Below are positions 20,376 to 30,065 of a stretch of 64,000 nucleotides of DNA, in pieces. Each line of letters opens with the position of its first letter. The stretch's first letter is position 1. Made by a program: the position numbers and the translations under genes. Origin of the DNA: Promethearchaeota archaeon (GTDB taxonomy: Archaea > Asgardarchaeota > Lokiarchaeia > Sigyniarchaeales > SOKP01); NCBI GenBank assembly GCA_019058245.1, contig JAHPZJ010000013.1, positions 41,166-105,165 of the forward strand, given 5' to 3'. Under the pieces are notes generated by a model. That model was given only the letters and a program-made list of their open reading frames with translations, did not search any database and was not told the DNA's origin.

Positions 20376-20744
20376 ATGTACTCTGAAAAAGTATTGGAAC
20401 ATTTTAACAACCCTAAAAATATGGGTGAAATGGAGGATGCTGATGCGGTGGGAATTGTTGGAAATCCAGTATGTGGGGATTTAATGCATATATATATTAA
20501 AGTAAAAAAAAATAAGATAGAAGATATATCTTTCCAAACATTTGGATGTGCTGCTGCAATTGCAACATCGTCTATGATAACAGAACTAGCAAAAGGAAAA
20601 AAAATAGAGGATGCAATGAATATAACTAGAAAAGATGTAGCAGATGCATTAGATGGTTTACCTCCTATTAAAATGCATTGTTCAAATCTTGCAGCAGAGG
20701 GACTTCACGAAGCAATTAGGATATATAAATCACATCAGAAATAA
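20376..20744 (+). CDS. iscU: Fe-S scaffold IscU/NifU-N
   Basis: GNPVCGD, FGCAAAIA, LPPIKMHCSNLA. Confidence 0.95.
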   Translation: MYSEKVLEHFNNPKNMGEMEDADAVGIVGNPVCGDLMHIYIKVKKNKIEDISFQTFGCAAAIATSSMITELAKGKKIEDAMNITRKDVADALDGLPPIKMHCSNLAAEGLHEAIRIYKSHQK

Positions 20745-20830
20745 TAATTTAATAATTATTTGAAATTGATTTCATTGTTGTAGTAAAATCCATATCTTAC
20801 TTATACACAAATTGCGGAAATTGGTGATTT

Positions 20831-21244
20831 TTAAATTTGAAAAAATAGGCGATTATGAATTTTATTTTCTTCGTTTATGAGATCTTCTAAAGTAGTATAA
20901 AACAATTCACTAAATTTATCTTCAATACCTTTCCAATAATCTCTTAAAACTTCAGAGGTCCCAAAACGATCGAATGTTGATATTTTACCTTCTAAACCTA
21001 TTAATAGATCGAGTACTGTTATGGAATCTGCAGAACGTTTTAGTTGATAGCCACCTTTTATACCTCTTACACTATCCACCAAGTCTGCATTTTTTAGCTT
21101 AATTAATAAATGCTCTAAGTAATTCTGGGGTATATTTTGCGATATTGCTATATTTTCAATTTTAATTGGGCCTTTAGTATAATTTTTAGCTAACTCAAAT
21201 AGTGCAGCAAGGCCATATTTTATTTTTTCAGAAAATAACTTCAT
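20831..21244 (-). CDS. Rrf2 family regulator without Fe-S cysteines (CymR-like)
   Basis: YGLAALFELA, IPQNYLEHLLIKLK..VDSVRGIKGGYQL; protein has no Cys; divergent from cysK. Confidence 0.88.
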   Translation of the reverse strand: MKLFSEKIKYGLAALFELAKNYTKGPIKIENIAISQNIPQNYLEHLLIKLKNADLVDSVRGIKGGYQLKRSADSITVLDLLIGLEGKISTFDRFGTSEVLRDYWKGIEDKFSELFYTTLEDLINEENKIHNRLFFQI

Positions 21245-21280
21245 TTAAAAATATGAATTTAGTTTTTTTAGAGATTCGAT

Positions 21281-21330
21281 TAATAAATAAAAGTAAGATT
21301 TAAAATAAAAAAGTAAGATTTATAAATCTT
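21281..21330. promoter_or_regulatory. rrf2/cysK divergent promoter with direct repeat and palindrome
   Basis: aaaagtaagattta at 21289-21302 and 21309-21322 (20-nt period); perfect palindrome aagatttataaatctt at 21315-21330 centred on TATA-like tttataaa. Confidence 0.55.
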
Positions 21331-21390
21331 GTCTTCTTGACTAGACATTAAAAGATTTGAATACAATTTTTAAAAATAAATGATGAATTT

Positions 21391-22320
21391 ATGGAAAAAA
21401 CGTATAATAATATCATAGAAACAATTGGAAATACTCCATTAGTAAAATTGAATAGAATCACGGAAGATATAAAGCCAAATATTTATGCAAAGGTTGAAGC
21501 GTTTAATCCAGGTGCTAGTGTTAAAGACAGAATATGTATGGCAATGATCGAAGTAGCAGAAAACGCTGGAATAATTAATAATCAAACAACAATAGTTGAA
21601 CCCACATCCGGGAATACTGGTATTGGTTTAGCTTTAGTATGTGCGGTAAAAGGATATAGATTGATACTTACAATGCCAGAGAGTATGTCCGTTGAAAGAC
21701 GGAAAATTCTAAAAGCGTATGGGGCTGAGTTAGTTTTAACACCTGCCTCAGGAGGGATGAAAGGTGCGATTAGTAAGGCTGAGGAACTCGCCAAAGATAA
21801 TGATAAGGTATTTATACCTCAACAATTTAAAAATTTAGCAAATCCTGAAATACATCGAACAACAACAGCTGAGGAAATTATCAGAGATCTTGATGGTAAA
21901 ATAGATGTATTTGTCTCAGGGATTGGAACTGGTGGAACAATTACTGGAGTCGGAGAAGTCTTAAGACAAAAAGTTGGAGACCATGTAAAAATTTATGCAG
22001 TAGAGCCTAAAGACTCACCAGTATTATCTGGAGGTAATCCGGGACCTCATAAAATTCAAGGGATTGGAGCGGGATTTATACCGGATGTGCTTAATACTAA
22101 AATATACGACAAAATTATTCAAGTTGAATATGAGAACGCTGTGGAGACGTCAAGAAACTTAGCTAAACTGGAAGGGATATTTGTAGGGGTTTCTGCTGGT
22201 GCCGCAGTATGGGCTACTATCAATGTAGCATCAAAAGATTTTAAAGAAGGGCAAAATATTGTCGTAATTTTACCAGATACAGGGGAAAGATATCTTACAA
22301 CCAATTTATTTGAAGCTTAA
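21391..22320 (+). CDS. cysK: Cysteine synthase A (O-acetylserine sulfhydrylase)
   Basis: IGNTPLV, SVKDRI (PLP Lys), EPTSGNTGIG, GTGGT, PHKIQGIGAGF, PDTGERY. Confidence 0.96.
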   Translation: MEKTYNNIIETIGNTPLVKLNRITEDIKPNIYAKVEAFNPGASVKDRICMAMIEVAENAGIINNQTTIVEPTSGNTGIGLALVCAVKGYRLILTMPESMSVERRKILKAYGAELVLTPASGGMKGAISKAEELAKDNDKVFIPQQFKNLANPEIHRTTTAEEIIRDLDGKIDVFVSGIGTGGTITGVGEVLRQKVGDHVKIYAVEPKDSPVLSGGNPGPHKIQGIGAGFIPDVLNTKIYDKIIQVEYENAVETSRNLAKLEGIFVGVSAGAAVWATINVASKDFKEGQNIVVILPDTGERYLTTNLFEA

Positions 22321-22412
22321 ACCTTTCTTTTTTATTTTTGAAATAAAATACTAGACAATAATAATTCAGATTAATTTCATTTGTACAATAAATCTTATAC
22401 TAAGATTAAAAG

Positions 22413-23540
22413 GTGATAAATGAGCTGTTTGAGTATATTTTGAATAAAATACCTGAATTAAAGTATTTTAAATATGATAAGATTTTTAAGCTCGAATCGG
22501 GAAAAACATTACCTAAATTTCAATTAGCTTATGAAACCTATGGACAATTAAATTCAACTAAATCAAACGCGATATTAATTTTTCATGCGTTGTCTGGTAG
22601 TTCACATGTTTTCAAAGATAATAGCGAAATTGGTGGTTGGTGGGATGAGATGGTTGGACCAAATAAACCATTTGATACAAATGAATATTTTATAATTTGT
22701 GCTAATATTTTAGGTAGTTGTTATGGTTCTACTGGACCAAATTCCCTCAATCCATTAAATGGAAAAATTTATGGGCTAGATTTTCCTATCATAACAATTC
22801 ATGATATTGTAAAAGCAATAAAAATGTTAATAGACCATTTAGGTGTTCAAAAATTGTTGACAGTAACAGGAAGTAGTATGGGTGGTATGCAAGTTTTGGA
22901 TTGGGTTATTAATTTTTCAGGAATAACCTTATCTGCAATTCCAATGGCTACTGCAGCTTATGCAACTACCTTTAATATTGCATTTAATGAAGTACAACGA
23001 CAAGCAATTTATTCAGATTCTTTTTGGAATAATGGAAATTATTATTCAGGATTTGCACCAAATAAAGGATTAAGACTAGCGAGAGAAATAGGTCATATTA
23101 CTTATTTAAGTGAAGATATTATGAGAGAAAAATTCGGTCGTTCTTTACAAAATAATCCAAAATTACTTTTTCAATTTACTGAAGAATTTGAAGTCGAAAG
23201 TTATTTGCAGTATAAGGGGACAACTTTCACTAAACGTTTTGATGCAAATTCTTATTTGTATATTACAAAAGCAATTGATTATTTCGACATTCGCCAAAAT
23301 GGAAACCTAATTCCGACATTCTCCCACCTGGAGAATAACAAATTCTTGGTAATCTCTTTTTCTTCTGATTGGTTATATCCCACAAGTAAATTGAAGGAAA
23401 TAGTTTTTGCCTTAAAATCAAATTCTTTAGACGTTAGTTTTGTAGAGATTGATGTTAATTATGGGCATGATTCATTTTTAATAGATTGTAAAGATTTACG
23501 AGAAGTAGTTTCAAATTTTTTAACAAATATAGAGGTTTGA
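22413..23540 (+). CDS. metX: Homoserine O-acetyltransferase
   Basis: AYETYG, HALSG, GWWD, GSCYGSTGP, GSSMGG, RFDANSY, SDWLYP, GHDSFL. Confidence 0.92.
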   Translation: MINELFEYILNKIPELKYFKYDKIFKLESGKTLPKFQLAYETYGQLNSTKSNAILIFHALSGSSHVFKDNSEIGGWWDEMVGPNKPFDTNEYFIICANILGSCYGSTGPNSLNPLNGKIYGLDFPIITIHDIVKAIKMLIDHLGVQKLLTVTGSSMGGMQVLDWVINFSGITLSAIPMATAAYATTFNIAFNEVQRQAIYSDSFWNNGNYYSGFAPNKGLRLAREIGHITYLSEDIMREKFGRSLQNNPKLLFQFTEEFEVESYLQYKGTTFTKRFDANSYLYITKAIDYFDIRQNGNLIPTFSHLENNKFLVISFSSDWLYPTSKLKEIVFALKSNSLDVSFVEIDVNYGHDSFLIDCKDLREVVSNFLTNIEV

Positions 23541-23553
23541 ATTAATTTAAATT

Positions 23554-24147
23554 ATGTTAAAAAGAAAAGATCTACAAATAATATGTGAATATGTTACTGA
23601 TTCAAGTAGAGTATTGGATTTAGGTTGCGGAGATGGGCAATTACTTCATGAATTGGTTAAAGAAAAAAAAGTTAAGGGATTAGGAATTGAAATTTCTATT
23701 GATTGTATCAAAAATTGCCTGAAAAAAGGACTCTCCGTGATACAAGAAGATTTAAATGAGGGTTTAAAGGATTTTAAAGATAACTCATTTGATTACATCA
23801 TCTTAAGTCAAACTTTAGAATATATATCATCACCTGATAATCTTATAAAAGAAATGTTAAGAGTCGGAAAACGTTCTTATATTAGTTTTGAAAATTTAGC
23901 TTATTGGAGAAATCGCTTATCTTTTCTCTTTAAAGGCAGAATAAAAAGTTCTAAAAATGGAGGGTCAATTATAAATGGGAAAAAGCAACAACTCTTAACA
24001 GTAAAATCATTCCAAGAACTCTGTAAGAAGAAGGGATTTATAATTTCCTCAAGGATATACCTTCCTAAAAGACAATTCAATCTTACTAAAATTTTTCCAA
24101 ATCTTTTCAGCAGAACAGCAATTTTTATTTTAAAATGCAAATCATAA
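23554..24147 (+). CDS. metW: Methionine biosynthesis protein MetW
   Basis: RVLDLGCGDG, DLNEGL..F.DNSFDYIILSQTL; directly after metX. Confidence 0.9.
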   Translation: MLKRKDLQIICEYVTDSSRVLDLGCGDGQLLHELVKEKKVKGLGIEISIDCIKNCLKKGLSVIQEDLNEGLKDFKDNSFDYIILSQTLEYISSPDNLIKEMLRVGKRSYISFENLAYWRNRLSFLFKGRIKSSKNGGSIINGKKQQLLTVKSFQELCKKKGFIISSRIYLPKRQFNLTKIFPNLFSRTAIFILKCKS

Positions 24148-24169
24148 CAAAAAAAATTTAATCATTAGT

Positions 24170-25342
24170 ATGAATGTAAATTGGAATAAAATAAGAAAGG
24201 AACAGTTTCCTGCCCTTGAAAATTCAATATATCTGAAAGCAGCCGGAGGGTCTCCAATGAGTAAAGTAGGATATGACGCTTCTTTAAAGTACCTAACTGA
24301 ATTACATATAGTTGGAGATTTATTTTGGGATCAATATTTTGATGATGCTGAACTTACAAGGCAGTTAATTGCGAACTATATTAATTGTAAACCTCATGAA
24401 ATTGCTTTTCTTATGAATACATCTTCTGGAATGAATGTAATTGCTCATATACTTGAAAGAGGAAGAATATTATATCCCGAGGGTGAATTTCCCACATCAA
24501 TACTGATTTTTAAAAAATTAGGGTTTAAATGTGATAAGTATCCTTTGGAATCTGATAATTCATATCCCTTAGATAAAATTTCTAATTATGTAAAGGAAGA
24601 TACCAAATATATTATCCATAGTCATGTTCAATATCTAACTGGTTTTAAACAAAATTTAGGTGGATTAGGGAATTTTTGTAAAAAAAATAAATATATAAGT
24701 ATAATAAATGCTACCCAATCATTTGGCGCTTTTCCTATTGATACAACCCAAGAGAAGATTGATATTTTAGTGGCATCTGGGTTGAAATGGGCCTGCAGCG
24801 GATATGGGTTGGGAATTCTATATCTCAATGATAGACTTATTCCTAAGGAAGGATTATCTTTTTCAAGTTGGCTAAGTGTCAAAGATTCATTTTCAATGGA
24901 TAATGATAATCTTAATTTCATTAATCAAACAAAAGCCATGGACGGCTTAGGAGGTACTCCAAATTTTGCTTCAATTATTGCTTTAAAAGCAAACCTTCTA
25001 TTAATAAAGGAGATTGGAAATGGTAATATTAGAGAAGGCATTAAACGAATACGAAAAAGAATAATTAATCTCACTCAGAGTTTCATAGAGCAACTTAAGG
25101 AGACTAATTTAAAAATTATCACTCCTTTAGATATAGAATATCGCTCAGGTATAATTACAATTGAGAGTGAAAATGCTAAGTCAATATTTTCGGACCTTTC
25201 AGCAAAAAATATCCAAATTTCACTTAGGAACTATCCTAAAACAAAAAATAAGACTCTTCTAAGGTTTGCTTTCAACTATTATAATAATGAAGATGATATT
25301 GAAGAAACAATTTCAATCTTAAAATCAAACCAAAAAAGATAA
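24170..25342 (+). CDS. Class V PLP-dependent enzyme (C-S lyase/desulfurase-like)
   Basis: IRKEQFP, NTSSGMN, EFPT, NATQSFG, ASGLKW, GTPNF, LRFAFNYYN. Confidence 0.75.
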   Translation: MNVNWNKIRKEQFPALENSIYLKAAGGSPMSKVGYDASLKYLTELHIVGDLFWDQYFDDAELTRQLIANYINCKPHEIAFLMNTSSGMNVIAHILERGRILYPEGEFPTSILIFKKLGFKCDKYPLESDNSYPLDKISNYVKEDTKYIIHSHVQYLTGFKQNLGGLGNFCKKNKYISIINATQSFGAFPIDTTQEKIDILVASGLKWACSGYGLGILYLNDRLIPKEGLSFSSWLSVKDSFSMDNDNLNFINQTKAMDGLGGTPNFASIIALKANLLLIKEIGNGNIREGIKRIRKRIINLTQSFIEQLKETNLKIITPLDIEYRSGIITIESENAKSIFSDLSAKNIQISLRNYPKTKNKTLLRFAFNYYNNEDDIEETISILKSNQKR

Positions 25343-25349
25343 AAAAGAA

Positions 25350-26993
25350 ATGCAATTACCAGAATTAAAATACCTTAAAATTATCGGGGGTTTTCATGGG
25401 ATTTCTGCAGTATTTCCTAAACTACAAGATGTCATTGATTATGAAGAAGGAAACATATATGTTAATCAAGCTTATCCCCGCTTTGTTAGTCATCCAACCG
25501 TAAAAATTCTTGAATTAAAATATAAAAAAAAAACTAAGTCGCTTGAATCGATTAGTTGCCATAGTTTTGAGAGTGCAATATTTTTAGTATTTGACTATTT
25601 CTATGAAAAAGGCTGTAAAATCTATATTGATGAGGAATTAACTAAGATTCTTTCTATTTATTTCAAAGAAAAATTTCCTGATATTATTGTTGAAGTTGAG
25701 CCAAATGAAGCGGAAGTACTTTTTATCAGTAAATTAGAAGATTTCAACGAAAACAAAATAGTTATAGGGATATTTAACGAGAAAGACCTTTCAGAAATAA
25801 TAGATTCAATAAAATTCAACATTATAATTATTAATGAAAAAACATTTGATATTGGAATTATATTAATTTTTAATTCTAGATACGTAATACTAGAAACCCT
25901 GAGAAGACATTGTGGTTTCAATGTAAGTTCTCGTAAATTTTTAAAAGTTTACATCAATAAGCAAAAAGAAGCGAAACTTGAATATAAACTTAAATCTACC
26001 ATTTCCAAACTCGAACACTTGAAATCAAATCATTGTTATTTGTATTCTTCAGGGATGGCTGCTGTATTTTCGTCCATTTTTTCACTAATGTCAGTAGAAC
26101 GACCAAAAATTATTATATTAGGATCTTTATACGTTGATACTTTCCGAATTTTAGAAAAATGGCCAAAAAAATTTGGACTTAAAAAACCTATATTTATCAG
26201 GGCTGATATTGATAATAATTTGCAAAAATGTATTGATGATGAAGTAACTGCTGTTATTATCGAGTTTCCTAGTAATCCCTTAATTCAGCTTGTAGATATT
26301 AGTAAAATAGTAAGAATTGCACACTCTCATGGATCAAAGGTGTTAGTGGATAATACAATTGCTACTCCTTATAATTTCAATCCACTTGATTATGATGTGG
26401 ACATCGTTGTTCATAGTACGACCAAATTTCTAAGTGGAAAAAATAATCATATTGGAGGTGCTATTTTAACTAATAATGAAAAGATTGGTGAAAACATTAA
26501 AGGACTTAATAATTTGCTTCAATTAAAGATGCACATCAATGATATAAAAACACTTAGCCGAAATATAAAAACTTTTGAAGAAAGAATGGCAAAAATAAAT
26601 AGAAATGCTGAAATCGTTGCCAATTTCCTAAATAACCATGAATTTATTGAAAAAGTGTACTATCCTAGTCTTAAAAATAGTCCGAATCGTAAACTTAAGG
26701 AAAAATATCTGAGAGCTGGTGGAGGATTATTAAGTTTTGTATTAAAAGATTCTTCAGCAGAAAATGCAATGAAATTTTATGATAATCTTCTACCTCCGAT
26801 TTTAAAAGGACCAAGTTTAGGATCCGAGAAAACCTTATTATCCCCATACGTTATGATGGCACATTATAATGACGCAAAACAAGAATTAGAACGCTTAGGT
26901 TTTGATTTTTATTTAATGAGACTTTCTGTTGGAATAGAAAAAATTAACTTAATTCTAAAAAGCCTTGAAAATGGATTAAGTCAATTAAAATAA
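25350..26993 (+). CDS. Cystathionine gamma-synthase, long fungal Str2-like type
   Basis: N-terminal YEEG..YPRFVSHP; SSGMAA, EFPSNP, VDNT, HSTTKFLSG, KGPSLG..PY..AHY, RLSVGIE. Confidence 0.8.
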   Translation: MQLPELKYLKIIGGFHGISAVFPKLQDVIDYEEGNIYVNQAYPRFVSHPTVKILELKYKKKTKSLESISCHSFESAIFLVFDYFYEKGCKIYIDEELTKILSIYFKEKFPDIIVEVEPNEAEVLFISKLEDFNENKIVIGIFNEKDLSEIIDSIKFNIIIINEKTFDIGIILIFNSRYVILETLRRHCGFNVSSRKFLKVYINKQKEAKLEYKLKSTISKLEHLKSNHCYLYSSGMAAVFSSIFSLMSVERPKIIILGSLYVDTFRILEKWPKKFGLKKPIFIRADIDNNLQKCIDDEVTAVIIEFPSNPLIQLVDISKIVRIAHSHGSKVLVDNTIATPYNFNPLDYDVDIVVHSTTKFLSGKNNHIGGAILTNNEKIGENIKGLNNLLQLKMHINDIKTLSRNIKTFEERMAKINRNAEIVANFLNNHEFIEKVYYPSLKNSPNRKLKEKYLRAGGGLLSFVLKDSSAENAMKFYDNLLPPILKGPSLGSEKTLLSPYVMMAHYNDAKQELERLGFDFYLMRLSVGIEKINLILKSLENGLSQLK

Positions 26994-27020
26994 TAAAAAC
27001 ACAAATAAAAGCTCAATAAA

Positions 27021-27710
27021 TTGAGAGAAATTGCTGAACAAATAGAAGGAAGACTTTTAGAAAAAGGAATTATTGTAAAAGTAGAATTTAGAGATGATGA
27101 AAACCTCAAGAGTACATATTTAATTTCAACTCCTAGTGCCTTTAAAAAGAAGTATCTCTTTATAATTGTTCCAGGATACCCTGAAATCGCGGGGGTTTGG
27201 TCATTTACTTTATTAAGTCAAGATAAACTAACTGAGTCAAGCATGGAATCATATTTTATAGAATTTGATAGAGAAAATTGGGGATTGGTTGCTTTAAATC
27301 CTCATTATATTAATGGTGATTTAGAAGGTATTAATTATTTTAACCAATTAGCCTATATAACTCAAAATCTAAAACCTAAGACCAAGTTTGGATTTATTGG
27401 GTTCTCTATGGGAGGTAGAATTATCTATGATTATCTTAATAAAAATAAAAAAATATTGGAGAATTTAATTGGTATTGTTCAAATAGATCCTGTAATTCAA
27501 AGTCTAAATTATGATAGTAACTTTATGCGTTCTTTAGTAGATAGAACAATCTTGTTCGCTTCGAGTACTGATAAATATCAATTTGGATTGAAGGCTTCAA
27601 TTCTACTTAATATCCCAAATATTCCTATAGAGGGAATACATGGCATTCTTCCTAGCAAATGTCTAGGGAAAATAATTGATTACTTTAAAAATCAGGTTAA
27701 AAAAGAGTAA
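27021..27710 (+). CDS. Alpha/beta hydrolase, Arb2/FAM172-like
   Basis: LFIIVPG..AGVW..WGLVALNP, nucleophile elbow GFSMGG, QIDPV, C-terminal GIHG. Confidence 0.65.
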   Translation: MREIAEQIEGRLLEKGIIVKVEFRDDENLKSTYLISTPSAFKKKYLFIIVPGYPEIAGVWSFTLLSQDKLTESSMESYFIEFDRENWGLVALNPHYINGDLEGINYFNQLAYITQNLKPKTKFGFIGFSMGGRIIYDYLNKNKKILENLIGIVQIDPVIQSLNYDSNFMRSLVDRTILFASSTDKYQFGLKASILLNIPNIPIEGIHGILPSKCLGKIIDYFKNQVKKE

Positions 27711-27903
27711 GGATTAAGTTCAGTATTAATCCTCAATATTGATTAAATCCAAGAGAAATTAACGGTCATTTCAGTTAAGAGATCGACTAAATCTACATAT
27801 TCAAGCTGAATTATCTTCCAATGAAGAAAAGTAGGTCTTTTCTTTTAGGGGAAGAATGATAATTAGAATAAAAATTGTGATTTTTCTAAAAACTGAAGGA
27901 TTT

Positions 27904-28920
27904 TCATAAAATATGCTGTTCTATTTTTTCTTTCTTTATTTTATCAACATCGATGAAATTTTTTAATGCATGTATCTTTGTACCATAAACAATTCTTCCA
28001 TTAATATCATTGTTATCTGAATATCTTAAAGTTAGTTCCGCGGCAAACTTCATTACTTCATTATCTCTTTTTCCTTGAATAATAGTAATTGGACCTGTCA
28101 CATTTTCAGCTTGCATTATTAAATCATTAGTATATTTCAATTGAAGTAATAACTTATTTTCTAACTCATTTCTTCCTACTATAATTTTTGATTGATTATA
28201 CCTAAAATGGCGTCCATATTTTAGAATATTCACATCCTTCATGTTAAGATTCTCATGATATTTAATACAATCTTTCATTCGATTCGAAAATCCCTTATCA
28301 GTTAATAAACATCCACCACATGCATAATATGAATTTAATAATCCATATTTCTGAGCAATTTCGAGTTGAATCTTTCTGCTTCGTCCATTGATACCAAATA
28401 ATTTAGATCTATCAATATATCCTTGTTTTTCAAGAATAGTAGGTTCCAATAATAAAGCAGATAAGGGTCTTAGTAATTTTCCTTTTAGCCCTGCTTCACG
28501 TTCAATGATCTTTAAAGCTCGTTTATTTTGAGATTTAGGTCTTTGATTTAAAACTTCTCCTGTAAAAATAAAATCAGCCTTGATTTTTTCTGCAAATTTC
28601 TTGGCTTTTTTTAAAATGTATATTCTGCAATCGATACATGGATTTAAATTTCTCCCATAACCGAATATTGGACTACGGATTATTTTTAGGTAATCTTCTT
28701 TCTTATATTGGTAATATGTTGTAATTCCCAATTTTTCATAATATAAATTTAAACCACATTCTGAATTTTTTAAGGCTTTATCACAATTACAAAATGGCGA
28801 TTTAAAATTGAGTCCCACAATTTCAATATCTTGTAATTTTAGCATTAAAGTAGCAATTAAACTGTCCAATCCTCCCGAAATTAATCCAAGTCCTAAGAGG
28901 CTATTGTTAGTATATCTCAT
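27904..28920 (-). CDS. ThiI/MnmA-like tRNA sulfurtransferase (PP-loop)
   Basis: ISGGLDS PP-loop, NPCIDCR, TGEVLNQRPKSQ, LLRPLSA, GGCLLTD, GRHFR..VGRNELEN. Confidence 0.85.
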   Translation of the reverse strand: MRYTNNSLLGLGLISGGLDSLIATLMLKLQDIEIVGLNFKSPFCNCDKALKNSECGLNLYYEKLGITTYYQYKKEDYLKIIRSPIFGYGRNLNPCIDCRIYILKKAKKFAEKIKADFIFTGEVLNQRPKSQNKRALKIIEREAGLKGKLLRPLSALLLEPTILEKQGYIDRSKLFGINGRSRKIQLEIAQKYGLLNSYYACGGCLLTDKGFSNRMKDCIKYHENLNMKDVNILKYGRHFRYNQSKIIVGRNELENKLLLQLKYTNDLIMQAENVTGPITIIQGKRDNEVMKFAAELTLRYSDNNDINGRIVYGTKIHALKNFIDVDKIKKEKIEQHIL

Positions 28921-28939
28921 TTGAATTTAATATTGAAAT

Positions 28940-29209
28940 TTAAAGCTTTTTTAGTTTCAAAAACCATATGCCTTCTTCTGGGTCAATTTCCTTTTTTTCC
29001 ATTAACTCTGCGAGGTTTTGACGGTTACAATTTTCAGGTATATTTTTTGCCGCAGGAGGAAAATCTAAAATAACTTCTAAAATATCACCTTGATCCAATT
29101 CTTCAAGAGATAATTTAGTATAGACGAATGTCATAGGGCATACTTTTCCTTTAATATCCAGGTTTTTTAACATAATTCTCAAATCTTTTTTTGAACTTTT
29201 TACTAACAT
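28940..29209 (-). CDS. tusA: TusA/SirA family sulfur carrier
   Basis: LDIKGKVCPM..GDILEVILDFPPAAKNIP. Confidence 0.88.
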   Translation of the reverse strand: MLVKSSKKDLRIMLKNLDIKGKVCPMTFVYTKLSLEELDQGDILEVILDFPPAAKNIPENCNRQNLAELMEKKEIDPEEGIWFLKLKKL

Positions 29210-30015
29210 ATATCTTCTATCCTATAGTTATAGGTTCCAACTAAATCGACTGCATTTTCTCCACATGCAATACAATTATCATCTCTATGAATATCTATAA
29301 AATTAAATGTATTTCGTAAGAGATCTACATATAATATCTTATTTGTGATTAAATCACCTACATTCAGAATGTATTTGATTGCTTCATTTGCTTCTATACA
29401 ACCTAGGATCCCTGGAATTAATCCAATGACTCCTGCTTCTGAACATGACATCCCCGTGCCCATATCAGAGACATCGCCAAAAATGCATCTATAACAAGCA
29501 GTTTTTTTCTCTGGAACCGTTGTCATAATCTGTCCATGGAATCTTAATACTCCTGCTATTGTAAATGGGATCTGTAAATAGATACATGTATCATTAACTA
29601 ACATCTTGGTAGGAAAGTTGTCAGAACCTTCTATCACAAAATCTGATCCTTTAATAAATTTTTTAGCATTTAGAGGGGTAATCTTATCGGAAATAACCTC
29701 AATGCTGCAATCTGGATTTAAAAGATTCAGCTTTTCAATAGCACTCTCTGTTTTTTTTCGATTAATATCTTTTGTGAAATGGAGAATCTGTCTATGCAAA
29801 TTTGAAGGTTCGACTATATCATAATCAATCACTTTTAAATGACCAATTCCTGCGGCAACTAAATAATATGCGACAGGTGATCCAAGTGCTCCTAATCCAA
29901 TTAAAGAAACTTTTGAATTCAATAATTTTTTTTGTCCAATTCCTCCAATTTCCTTAAGGACAATTTGACGTGAATATCTATTGATCTGTTCTTCTGTTAA
30001 ATTCATCTTCTTCAA
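29203..30015 (-). CDS. moeB: MoeB/ThiF/UbaA E1-like adenylyltransferase
   Basis: RYSRQI, IGLGALG, SNLHRQ, DNFPT, CYRC, SCSEAGV, CIAC. True start may be ATG 30006. Confidence 0.9.
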   Translation of the reverse strand: MKKMNLTEEQINRYSRQIVLKEIGGIGQKKLLNSKVSLIGLGALGSPVAYYLVAAGIGHLKVIDYDIVEPSNLHRQILHFTKDINRKKTESAIEKLNLLNPDCSIEVISDKITPLNAKKFIKGSDFVIEGSDNFPTKMLVNDTCIYLQIPFTIAGVLRFHGQIMTTVPEKKTACYRCIFGDVSDMGTGMSCSEAGVIGLIPGILGCIEANEAIKYILNVGDLITNKILYVDLLRNTFNFIDIHRDDNCIACGENAVDLVGTYNYRIEDIC

Positions 30016-30065
30016 TTCTAAGTGTAAAACTTAAGATATTAAAATTTTATATTTATATAAAATAA

